Shown here piece after piece: positions 13,894-24,850 of a stretch of DNA of 64,000 nt. Location of the stretch: positions 1-64,000 of the forward strand of contig JAUCBJ010001166.1 of NCBI GenBank assembly GCA_032718475.1. The letters run 5' to 3'. How positions within the stretch are numbered: the stretch's first letter is position 1; every line of letters starts with the position of its first letter. The position numbers and the translations under genes were made by a program. This DNA comes from Nemertoderma westbladi. Lineage: Eukaryota; Animalia; Xenacoelomorpha. The notes under the pieces are model-generated. The model worked only from the letters and a program-made list of their open reading frames with translations, made no database searches and had not been told where the DNA came from.

Positions 13894-15409
13894 TACTACT
13901 ACTAGGATCGGCATGCTGCATTGCAGCTGCATTTTTAAGAATGCTGTGCCGGCTTATCAACAAAATTGCACCGCCACAACTCCCTATCACCCATGACATT
14001 TGCTAGATCATCCGCATCTTCAAGGCCAGTGTCCTTTAAGATGCGTCTCAAGAAAGTCATGGGCTGTCCACCATGCTTATTCACTCCATGTGGCTGCCAA
14101 AGTACAAGATTATGCACTGGCTGGTCCTCACGGCGAAAGCAATGTCCTGCAAAGCGGAGGCGATTTTGTTCTAGTGTCAAGCTTGGGGGAACCAATGAGA
14201 CACCTCCAATGTTATATAGTGTCTGGTTGGAGATGTGTGCATTGTACTTGACACAATGAACCCGGCGTAGCATTCTTGTGAATGTGCCATCCATAGATTG
14301 GGTGTCCTCAGCAGTTAGAGCCCAGCATGGACTCCCATAGAGGAGTACTGGAACTACTGCTGCTCTAAATAATCGGACCTTAAGTTTCCGATTAATTCTC
14401 GGTGACTTCCAAATCCTGGAAAGCCTATTCAAGGCTGCCCATGCCTTTCCCTTACGTATTCGAAGGTCCTCACCTGACTTCCGGATCCATGATCCCAGGT
14501 AACAGAAGTCGTCCACATGCTCAAGCATACCATCCTTTGAGCTTATGCTCATCCGATCAGAGACTTGCTGAGGACTTTCAAAGTTAACTGTCAAAAGTTT
14601 GGTCTTTCTGGAGTTAATAAAAAGACCAACACTAGAAGCAGCATGTTCTAATGAGCTGAGCAGCCGTTGGGCTCCCTCTAATGATTCTGAGAGTACTCCT
14701 AAGTCATCAGCAAAGTCTAGATCAGTTAGGTACTTGGCAGGATTTCCTCGACTTCTGGAGCCAGTAGGTGGAGTTATCATCACCCCATCATCATTATGAT
14801 GATCTAAGGACATGCGTAGAACATAGTCAACCACAATAATGAACAAGAATGGTGCAAGTGTGTCTCCTTGGAGGACGCCCCATAACACTTCAAATGGTTC
14901 TGCGTCACCGTCAACAGTAGACACAAATGTTGTCGAACCATCGTATACTGATCTGATTGCTGCAATAATTTCATCAGGAATCCCATATAATGAAAGTATG
15001 CTGAACATACATGAACGAGAGACTGAATCAAAGGCCTTGAAGAAGTCAACAAAGATAACAGCCAGATGCCTGTCTTTCTTTTTTGATAATTCTTCAATTA
15101 TCCTTCTAAGTGCCAAAATGGGCTCCATGGTCCCACGACCTTTACGGAACCCATTCTGATTTCCACGGAGCAGTCTCTCAATGGGATCCCTGATGCGATT
15201 TAATAGAATCCTATTGTATAGCTTTGCAGCAATCGAGATCAATGAGATTCCCCGAAAAGAACCATAGAGTGTTAGGTTGCCCTTCTTGGGAACTGGCACC
15301 AACTTATTTGTTTTCATTTCTTGTGGGACTCTTGTTGTTCGGTACATGTCTACTATGATGGGATAGATGAGCTTTAAACACTCAGGTATTTCATTATTAA
15401 ACACTTCAG
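13894..15409 (-). mobile_element. Young 5'-truncated RTE-clade LINE with an uninterrupted RT frame (13935-15413, 492 aa)
   Basis: RT motifs FRGISLISIAAKLYNRI, QNGFRKGRGT, FVDFFKAFDSV, GVLQGDTLAPFLF, DLDFADDL, FCYLGSWI. (TAG)n tail at 13891-13903. Candidate 7-bp TSD GCACTAC at 13887-13893 and 15410-15416. No endonuclease domain (truncated). Confidence 0.95.
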
Positions 15410-15754
15410 GCACTACCAGTTGCCACTACTGCAGCTTACAGTGCTCGTTAACGTCCACGTTACTTTAAACATACCGGTTGCAGCTTACAGGTGGGATTTC
15501 AGCCAATAGACAATTTGTAACACTGTGTTTGTGGTCTCCAGACGGTAGTTCATGCTCCAGTTTCAGTTTCATTTGTCAATATAATGTACATTCATATTGT
15601 TAATTATACATGTGAATGTATACCTGAAATGTGATGTGTTGAGTCATCTAGAATTATAATGTGCTACATAAAACTACATTCAATAATAATTGAATATTAC
15701 AGTATCTATCGGGTATAAATAAGTCGGGTAATCAGTAATAAAAAAATCAATTCC

Positions 15755-15776
15755 TTTATTATTTATTATATTTATT
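15755..15776 (-). terminator. Clustered AATAAA polyadenylation signals for the neuropeptide gene
   Basis: Three TTTATT on the plus strand (15755-60, 15762-67, 15771-76), about 165-185 nt downstream of the stop at 15939. Confidence 0.5.
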
Positions 15777-15938
15777 GCATTAAACACAGTCGCACATTGT
15801 AAAGGTCCAGTCGTACCTTGATTTGGTTATTTAGAGTCGCATTATGTTCTAATGTATTAGCAGAATATACATCAAATTTCTGTAAACACTAAAAATAAAG
15901 CTGGTTCTTGTAATACTTCCAAAAGGATTGCAGTATTC

Positions 15939-16135
15939 TCAATGTGTTCCCTTAACTCGTTGGTTGTGCAATGCGGTTGCCATAAGTAGATTTTTAAAGG
16001 ACAATGTGGTTGAATCAACTCCACTAATGGCCCCATTGTATTCACCTTCTTGTTGTCCTTGAATTTGTTTGGCCAGCAGGTAAATTTCAACAGGAATGGA
16101 AACACTTGTTGTAATTTCTTCTGTGCCCCTTTTCC
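15939..16135 (-). CDS. CRH/DH44/ELH-family neuropeptide precursor, last coding exon
   Basis: Pyrimidine tract and acceptor ...TCTTTTATCTTCTTATTCAAACAG (AG at 16137-16136). The phase-1 join with the previous exon gives G|GG AAA AGG = Gly-Lys-Arg, followed by GTEEITTSVSIPVEIYLLAKQIQGQQEGEYNGAISGVDSTTLSFKNLLMATALHNQRVKGTH*. Confidence 0.82.
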
Positions 16136-16414
16136 CTGTTTGAATAAGAAGATAAAAGATGATGTCATATCATTCTAAAGAGCACACCGATATACATACA
16201 GTCTAATAATGAGATGGAAAGACAAACCTTCTTCATAAAGAAAAAAACTTTGGAACCACTTTTCAAATTCAGCTCATGACACTATATCACTTGCTTTGTT
16301 TCAACCTCTGAAAACATTTGATAGTTTGACTATCGGAATTACAACAAAACAGTCCATAATACCGATAATTATTTTTATAAATAAGACTGTAAACTAGTAT
16401 ATTTCGTTACTCAC

Positions 16415-16595
16415 CAACTTGGTCAAATAACAATCGATTGGCGTTCTGTCGCTGGCGTCGAAGATTTGCATTAGCAATCTTTTGTTTCATAGCAAGGACT
16501 TCAGTTGCCATATTGGTGCCAGTATGTACTTGGGCATAGACATCATCTACTACCAAGGCAACAACGAATATACAGAAAATCGAGATAGCCTTCAT
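16415..16595 (-). CDS. CRH/DH44/ELH-family neuropeptide precursor, first coding exon (signal peptide + mature peptide)
   Basis: Acceptor TTTTTTTTGCAG (exon starts 16604), ATG at 16595, donor G|GTGAGT at 16414. Encodes MKAISIFCIFVVALVVDDVYA (hydrophobic signal ending V-x-A) + QVHTGTNMATEVLAMKQKIANANLRRQRQNANRLLFDQV. The C-terminus resembles urocortin ...EQNRIIFDSV-amide. Confidence 0.85.
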
Positions 16596-16799
16596 TATTA
16601 TAACCTGCAAAAAAAATGTAATTTAAATTATATAAGCAAAATGGACTCACCATTGGGTTCATAAATTGAGACTTGACCGACAATCCCCCAATTATCGTGT
16701 ACAAGTAATAATCACATTGCACTGATGATTTTGTGTATTACTATTGCAGAAGTTGTCCCTTTTATTATATATAGGATCACAGTTTATATGAAGAGAATA

Positions 16800-18205
16800 T
16801 GGGCAGCTGCAGAAACAGTTCCTGTACACTCTCAAAGAAGAAAACAGGCATCCATGAAAGACCACAGAATTCGGAAGTGCCGAGAGGATCTCAAGATGAA
16901 GGCATATAGACCAACCAACCAACCACCAAGGTTAAGGCAGAATGCGATCGCTTCAATAATGGTTGGATTGGTCCACTTTGAGAAGCTCCTCAATAATGAT
17001 AGGTATTGCCTGATTACTTTATGGAAGTAAGTTTCCGTGTCTGTACGTGTACACCCAGATATTTCAATTTGCGATATCTCCTTTGCTGAAGTGAAGGATG
17101 CAGCAAACAGCATTAAGACCAATCGTGCCAGTGGATTAGATGATGTCACCCCCCTGCGGTTTTGAAATACCAGTGTTCGGAGCTCATTTACCCCATCAAA
17201 ATAGACATGTACCAAACGAAGAGAGTACCACAAGAAATAAAACAAATAAGTTGGTGCCAGTTTCCAAGAACGGGAATTTCCAGGGTGACACACATGCACC
17301 ATTCTTATTCATAATTGCGGTTGACTATGTTCTACACATATCCTTAGATCATCATAATGATGATGGGGTGATGGTAACAAGACCTACTGGCTACAAAATT
17401 TGAGGAAATCCTGCTCTAGACCTGACTTTGCTGATGACTTAGGAGTACTCTCAGAAACACTAGACGGAGCCCAACGACTCCTCAACTTTAGAAGAGGCTG
17501 CTCGTGTCTTCTACACCAGTGTTGGTTTTTTATTTACTCCAAGAAGATGAAAATGTTGACAGTTAACTTTGACAGTCCTCAGGAAATTTATGATCGCATG
17601 AGCATAAGCTCAAAGACGGTATGATTGGGCATGTCTGTTACATGGGATCACGGATGCAGAAGTCAGGTGAAGACCTTCGAATTTGTAAGTGACAGGCATA
17701 GGCGCATTAAATTGGCTTTCTAGGATTTGGAAGCCACATAGAATACGTCGGAAACTTAAGGTCCGATTATTTACTATTTAGACCAGCAGTAGTACTCTAT
17801 GGAAGTCCATGCTGTGTTTCATTGGTTCCCCCATGCTTGACACTTGAAAAAATCCACCTCTGCTTTGGTGGACATTTATTTCGCCGTGAGGTCCATCCTG
17901 TTCACAATCTTGTGCTTTGGCAGCCCCATGGAGAAAATAAGCATGATGGACAGCCCATGACATTCTTGAGACGTCTCTTAAAGGACACTGGCCTTGAGGA
18001 TGTCGATAATCTCACAAAAGTCAGGGGGATAGGGAGTTATGGCGCTGCAATTTTGTCGATAAGCCGGCATAGCATTCATAATGCACGCTGCATTGGAGCA
18101 TGCAATTATGGATTGCATGTGGGGGGCATAAATATTTTTGTTAAACAAGCATAGCATCTCAATGTGCAGCTTCAATGCAGCAGACCAATTATAGCAGTAG
18201 TACTA
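16800..18205 (+). mobile_element. Older degraded RTE LINE copy with internal deletion
   Basis: Frameshifted pieces HFEKLLN, TNKLVPV, QGDTHAPFLFII, DFADDLGVLSE, HNLVLWQPHG match the 492-aa ORF. Opposite orientation; ends in an AGTAGTA-like tail. Confidence 0.9.
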
Positions 18206-20982
18206 GTATGAACATGAGGCCTAAATTCGTGGAATTAAGATCCATTCTTATAATAACAGCAGGCCTAAATAAATATAAATGAAAATGAAAAAAATTACTA
18301 TTAGTAGTTTAATGTAAAATTAATTATAGTAGAATTAATCTAGTAGTAAAATTAATTATCGTTTTTTAGTGCAAGAATAGTTCTAGTATTAGACCTTAGT
18401 CTCCAGTTGCGATGTTATTCGGTGTTATATAAATTTTAGATAATTTAAGATCATTCTAAGCTTGTAAGTAACTACACGATTTATTCTCAAAGTACTACAA
18501 TACGATAGTATTGATCCCAAAATCAAATTACTACTATATTTCAAATAATCAATTAGTTTGTTAAATTATCTTTCCAACAATACCAAATTCCTATCGAAGA
18601 ATAATATTTAATTAAAACTAGTGCAATTAATTTTGTAAATTCAATACGGAAAATGTTTCGAAAATTTGATGTAATTGGTAGAATGGTAAATATGTAGTAC
18701 TGTTTGTACTGCATTTAAATGACAAAAGTGACAAAAATCAACAGATCTCAATCTGCAATGTGCTTTCTAGAATAAGGCAAATATTAGTATTATTTAAATC
18801 GGAGATTATCTAGGAAACAGGACAATTTGGTCCCTGAAAATTCCATTAATATGGCGTTTTGTAACAGAATGTCCGGAACTCATTTCATTTGTCCAGGACC
18901 GAATTTCCCCACATCCCTTTGTCTTTTCAGTTTGACAGCTTATATTCATTCAGCCCATAACTTTTCAGTTTGACAGCTTATATTCAGCCCATATCTTTTA
19001 TGTGTTTTATATAAATATCTCTTTAATTTCGCTGATTTCCCATTATGTTCATATTAAAGCTCAGAATAACACAAATGTTTTGACACTAAAATGAATCAAA
19101 CACATTCAAAGGAACATGAAATGACAAGTTGCAATGAATTATGTGAACTATATTGGAGCAAGGTGGAGAGATTGGTCACACAAAACACGTGTATTAAAAA
19201 TAATTTTTATTTTAAATTGATTTTATTTTTTTATTTTTATTTATTATTATTATTATTTCGTATCTGAGATATAATATATTGCGACTTCTGGATTCTAAAA
19301 GGGTGCAGGCTTTGCACTGATGACCCAGACTCCCATTCCAGTACAATAAGAGTATCAGAAGCTTCGTCATATGTACAGTACCCCCCGTGCTACAATGAGA
19401 CATCCAGAACTCCACCCTTATTTGAAATAATAACATAAAATATAAAGACACCTAAAGTAAGGAGATTAATTAGGTGTGAGACATTTATAAATTACAGATA
19501 TTAAATAACATACTAATGTCTCATTTTTTGGAGATTATCCATTGCCTCTAGCCAACGACAGCTACACAATAAGGCTTCCAAATAATATATTTGTGATACC
19601 CTCTAAAAATCCATTCAAATATTTTACAAATTATACCAACAGTATATATTATTATATATTACGGAATTCGAGGTCACTTTTTAGTATTCATAATTACAAA
19701 ACGTGATTAACATTCTCCATGTGTTGAGTAGATCGTACAGTGTGAATGAGAGTGCTATGGCGAAATAAGGTAATCCAGTTTGTCACTCAACTCGTGTGAT
19801 TTACAATTCAAGGTAACTGAGTTGACAGATAAATCCCGAAGGACTAGAGAGAGATACAGAATGACAATAAAATAGCCAATAAAATAGAACATAATAATGA
19901 CAATATAAAATAATCATATAAAATAATTTTTTCCTGTCTTATAACAATATATACTATGCAAGTACATAATACATGACCAGCAAAACAACTGTGCAGCGAT
20001 TTCACACATTTGTAATTACTACTAAAATCTGCTTTAATTCTAATCGAATATCCTCATTTTCTTATTATAAATAATAGGAATACCGGTAATTAGTTGAGCA
20101 GCACCACAGTAGGTTCAATACCGTGTAAGCCATCTTACATCCGGATATCAGCAGTATGATAATTACAGACCAACAAATTGCAGCGTAACAATCATATGTA
20201 CTCATCATCACCACATGTAATCTATATACATACTCCAACAGGGATGGGATATGAGATCAGCACCTTCTACATCCTACTGTTCAATCAATGCAAATCTGCC
20301 TATAACGAAACTAACGAAACTAATTAGACAATTTGATAAGTAGTAAACTCTAGGACGACAGCTGATAAAAGGAAAAGTAATGGAGCAAGTTGTAGTTGTA
20401 ATTTATTCTATCCAAAAAATTATTCAAGAGTGCTTACACCCGGCACCTTCAACTGTTTATCTACAGAGCCACAGACAATCAGAAAGACACTCAGTATACT
20501 CAGTCAGCCAGTTTGGTACTATGAATCGGATCAGAGAAGATGATACTCATGGTATGCGACATTATGGTACACTGTTATGTGCGATCGACCCAGCGCAGCG
20601 GTAAGCGAGAGGTGTCTGAGCGCTAAATTATATTTGGAAGGGGGGGGGGGGCAAATGCCCCCCCACCACCCTCTCTCCCCCCCCCCCCCCCTCCTAGCAA
20701 ATTTTGGGAGCGAAATTACTGGCATAAAATGGGGCGAAATTTTTGAGTATTAAACTGTTACTGCAGAGGGGGAGCAACTGTTATATACCGACCGGTAATG
20801 TAAAAGCGTTTCATCAAAGTATTATATTGTTAAAAAGTTTGATTTAAATGAGCAAAATCTCAATATTGTTTCAAAATTTGCGCTCCCTACGCTCACTTTG
20901 TCTTCCTTGATATGCACATTCACTTATATAATTCATATTCCTATTAGGAACTATTTTAACATCTACAATTTCCTTTCCAATT

Positions 20983-21032
20983 CTACTACTAGGATCGGCA
21001 TGATGCTTTGCAGCTGGCTTGTCGACAAAATG
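20983..21032 (-). mobile_element. Very short 3'-end fragment of the same RTE family
   Basis: CTACTACTAGGATCGGCATG...GGCTTGTCGACAAAAT matches the tail and 3' UTR at 13895-13967. Confidence 0.7.
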
Positions 21033-21459
21033 TGGCCTTTGCCCCCCCCCCCCCCCCCGACACAGTGGAAATGGTTCCCGTAAGCTTATGGGTACACCGC
21101 TCGGTTTACCACTGCCCATTGAAATAACGTTAAAAAAAATGATTGTCTAGACTGTTGAATTAACTGCTTAACAGGTAAACTACCAGATACTGCAGCGGTA
21201 GTTGTAGTATACCGCTCGTTGGCTACAGCTTCATCATACCAACCAGGTACTGGTGTAGGTGAACGGGCCTGTAAGAACGTAATCAAATAAATCAGAGGCG
21301 TTTATTACCATATACATACATATGGTGTGAAAATTCGGTATACTGTAGATGTTAGTACCTATTGAAGTGGATTGTGAGAATATTAAGTTGCAGCTGCGGG
21401 GAGTTTTCGGTTGTATAGGGTTAGGGCAGTTTTAAAAAGGGATGATTGCGTGGGGAAGA

Positions 21460-21720
21460 GGCCTAGGCCTATACAGTGGATGGCATGTCCAGTTCTGTGG
21501 GTGCAGATTCACGGAGTACACAAAGGCAGGAAGAGGACGGGACGCCTTCCAGCTTTCCTCTCTTGACAGAACTTGTGGTGCAATCCGTTGCGTTGCAGAG
21601 GAACTGGGCAGCAAGCATCGCAATGTCTGTGACCTGATCCAATCCAGCTGACGTTGCGTCGAGAGGGGCGATGCCAGCTGAATTTTGCGCTGCAGATATC
21701 TTTGATTTCTGGCTACATGT
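21460..21720 (-). mobile_element. Degenerate C-terminus of a LINE related to 22428-23290
   Basis: Frameshifted minus-strand pieces NGLHHKFCQ and SSCLCVL parallel HGFHHKICQ...DCICLYC in the neighbouring element. Confidence 0.4.
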
Positions 21721-22427
21721 CCGGATTTTCTAAAGAAGTCCAGAGAACCATGACTGGTTATTTTCAACTGCGATGTCGGGAGTCTACCTAAGGAAGCGGA
21801 AGTTAAAGTAGAGAAGGTCTTAAAGTCCAAAGCCAAAGCCAGTAAGAAGATTAAGGTAAAGAAGGTTACAAAGATACTGGTAATTCTAAAGACGTTGAAC
21901 GGTCTATTAAGGAGTTGGGGTGGAGATTGATGGAGGACATGGAAGTTAATACCAACCGAAATAAATAGACAGGCAAACCATGAAATTTTCAGAACGACAG
22001 GGTCGAGACCGAGATTTCAACCAGGTCGGGACGACAAGTCACCCGGCGTTGGTAATCCGCATCTCAAAAGTTACCAATCCAGAAACAACACCACAGGTTA
22101 TACAATTAGAGTCAATAGACTCAACCAATCAAGTCAAATTAGAGGACGACTTGGTGGAAGAAATACCACCAAGACCACCTGATATTAAACAGGTGGATAA
22201 ACGTCCGACCACTATATCAGATATTTATAGTTTAACTACACCTTTAATCAAGGTAATATAGTTTAGAGCACAATAATTATGACAATATTACATTACAATA
22301 TTACAATAATAATAATTACACAATAATTATGAGTTAACTATTATAATTAATAATACACACACAAACCGCCACCAGAATATTAAATTTAAATTTAAAGGAG
22401 CGTAGTGCAAAGTAAAGGTTCCGAGTT

Positions 22428-23290
22428 TTATTTAGAGGCTAGTTCGGTCAGAGTCGGTGCAGATGGACAGTGCAAAGCGTGGTAGCGATCACAACAGTTG
22501 CCATGGCAATAGAGGCAGATACAGTCTGTTGAAAGTGAGTGGAAAGGCCGGTTTGTTTGGCAAATTTTGTGGTGAAAACCGTGAGATGTAAATCTTGTTA
22601 ATACGTGACGATTGCGCTGTTTAGATAGTTTCCAGGTAGAAGAAGCAAAAGCAGGGCCATTTGAGTAATTTTCTTGGATAAAGTTGAGTTCACGGTTGTG
22701 GCGGTAATGATTGTATTGCGTAATAACTTCGGTGTTAAATATCAGAGGTGATTTCGTAATTATGTCTTCGATAAAAGATTGTTCATCAACGAGATGAAAA
22801 GCTAGAGTCGATGAAGCCGTGATATGAAGGCCGAGCAACCGTTTAATGTAAGTTGATTTGATGCGGTCCAGTTCTTTCAGGTTTGCTAGGGTTAGGAAGC
22901 GGGCGAAGACAGGAAGGGCATAGAGAGCCATAGGGGCAATTTTCATTCTGAAAAGTTTTAAACCAGTGTCAACAGATAAAAGCCTGAGGTTGTTAAGAGA
23001 GCCCGTAATACTATACGATTTTTTCTTTTTTGAGGTAATATGTTTCGTGAAACTTAGCGAGGACTGTAGTGTAACACCCAGGTAGTCGTATTCATTACAT
23101 ATTGTTATGTCGTTGCCGCCATATATAAATTTGTCTGCAGCGGCCAAACGTCCTGCCTTTCTAAATTTTACAATTTTAGTTTTCACTAAGTTGACGTCCA
23201 TTCCATTTTTGAGACACCATGATTGAAGTACGTCCAAGCCATTTTGAATGAAGCCATTTATATCAGATATTAAAATTCCTTGTGCTGCAG
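22428..23290 (-). mobile_element. 5'-truncated non-LTR retrotransposon (RTEX-like): RT thumb + C-terminal Cys/His domain
   Basis: Open frame with LQSWC...VNLVKTKIVKFRKAGRL, YDYLGVTL and a terminal CxCxxC...H..HC cluster. Confidence 0.85.
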
Positions 23291-24850
23291 AGATCACATT
23301 AATCCAAAGGTAGTGATCGTAGTGAACGATCATCGGTAGTGAACGGTAGTTTATGATCGTTTGTGAAACTCAACTCTTCGTGGCTAGACAATTGCCGCAA
23401 ATTTGTATGGATCGGGTGGTGTGGGAATATTAAAACTCGCCACAAACCCCTTGGCAAGCGAGTAACATTAACAAAAGGGTTATCTCCAGAGGAGATACAA
23501 CATTATGTAAAAACCTGTCATAAATCCTTGGACGAGTTAGTAACAAATGTAAAGGGGTTATCTCTGACGGAGATACAGAAAATAAAAGGACCTCGTTACA
23601 AATTCCTAGACGAGAAAACTTCGAAAATTTAGGGTTAACTCTAGACGAGATACAACAATCCCAAAGCCTGATAATAAAACATAATCAGGAAGGATAATCA
23701 GGAAACATAATCCACTTTTAAAAAGAGATTTCATCTTTGGAAAAGACTGTGATGGACAAGTCGTCTCTAATCTAATTCCTCTCAATCAGAACATTGCATT
23801 TCAGATGGCAGTAGTTGTTACTGTTACTGTTACTGTGTAGATGTACCGTATATGGCATTAAAATCAGCATTATCTACTCTACTAGACAGTAGTTCAGCGG
23901 GCAGCTCGTTACTGTTCTCTATTGTCACCAATGATCGCATTAATTTATATACCGAAACAAACCACTAATTTAATGTAACAGGGTATATTCTCATTACTTT
24001 ATGCTGTTCCCAGATTGCTGGTGTACGAAAATAAACGAAATAAATAAATAACAAAAAGTCTCTGGGGAAATTTTCTTTGGGGGATGAATGCTTTAAAGGA
24101 CTAGCCGAGGTTCATCTGGACATGGCCTGTAAGATGGTAAGCCTACGAATGAGTCTGTGTACCTTATCCTCTACTAATATGTATTTGAGTCTGAGTACTT
24201 TATATAGCAAAGGTATACAATACAAATTTTAACAAAGACACAAATAAATTATAAACAACCCTAGTTACAGGAAAATTAAATATGGTTATTTAATTTAATT
24301 TTGTTATAAAAAAAACTGTAACAAAAATTTTCATATTTTTCTATTTTGTTAACTGGATACTATACTTATTCACCAATAGCGGGCTTTCCAATGTTTAGAA
24401 TGCAGCCCAATCCAGGTCTGGCCAGGTAAATTGCCCCTGTGTTATAGATACTTTATGTAAATAAATAAATAATTTTAAAAGCAAAATTGAGTTAAATTCA
24501 TAAATTCATTTCAACAATTTCATCAAATTAAATTCATAATATATCAATGTTAACAAATACAAGGGTCTATTAAAGTAGAAGGGTACTATGGCAGTGTTTT
24601 CTAACCAAAACAATAAATGAAACTAGATTTCGTAATTACAGAAAGAAGTAGGTTTCATTGTTACCTAACAAAAACAGAAAAACTAAACTATATTTCATAA
24701 TTAACTGAAATTAAATGGAGTGGATAGGCCCATGCCCAGGTTACTATGGTGGTGTTTACTAACCAACAAATAAAAAAGGAGCAAGCTACAGTATTATGGT
24801 GGTTACTAAAAAATAATGCAAAAAAAGGAAATAATGGAAAAATTAGTGAT

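Noticed and set aside
15872-16168. 98-aa ORF MTSSFIFLFKQG... as the gene product
   Set aside because: Overlaps the inferred last exon in a different frame; the spliced frame yields the GKR site.
19212-19451. Additional exon of the neuropeptide gene
   Set aside because: An acceptor-like site exists, but there is no convincing donor or protein motif.
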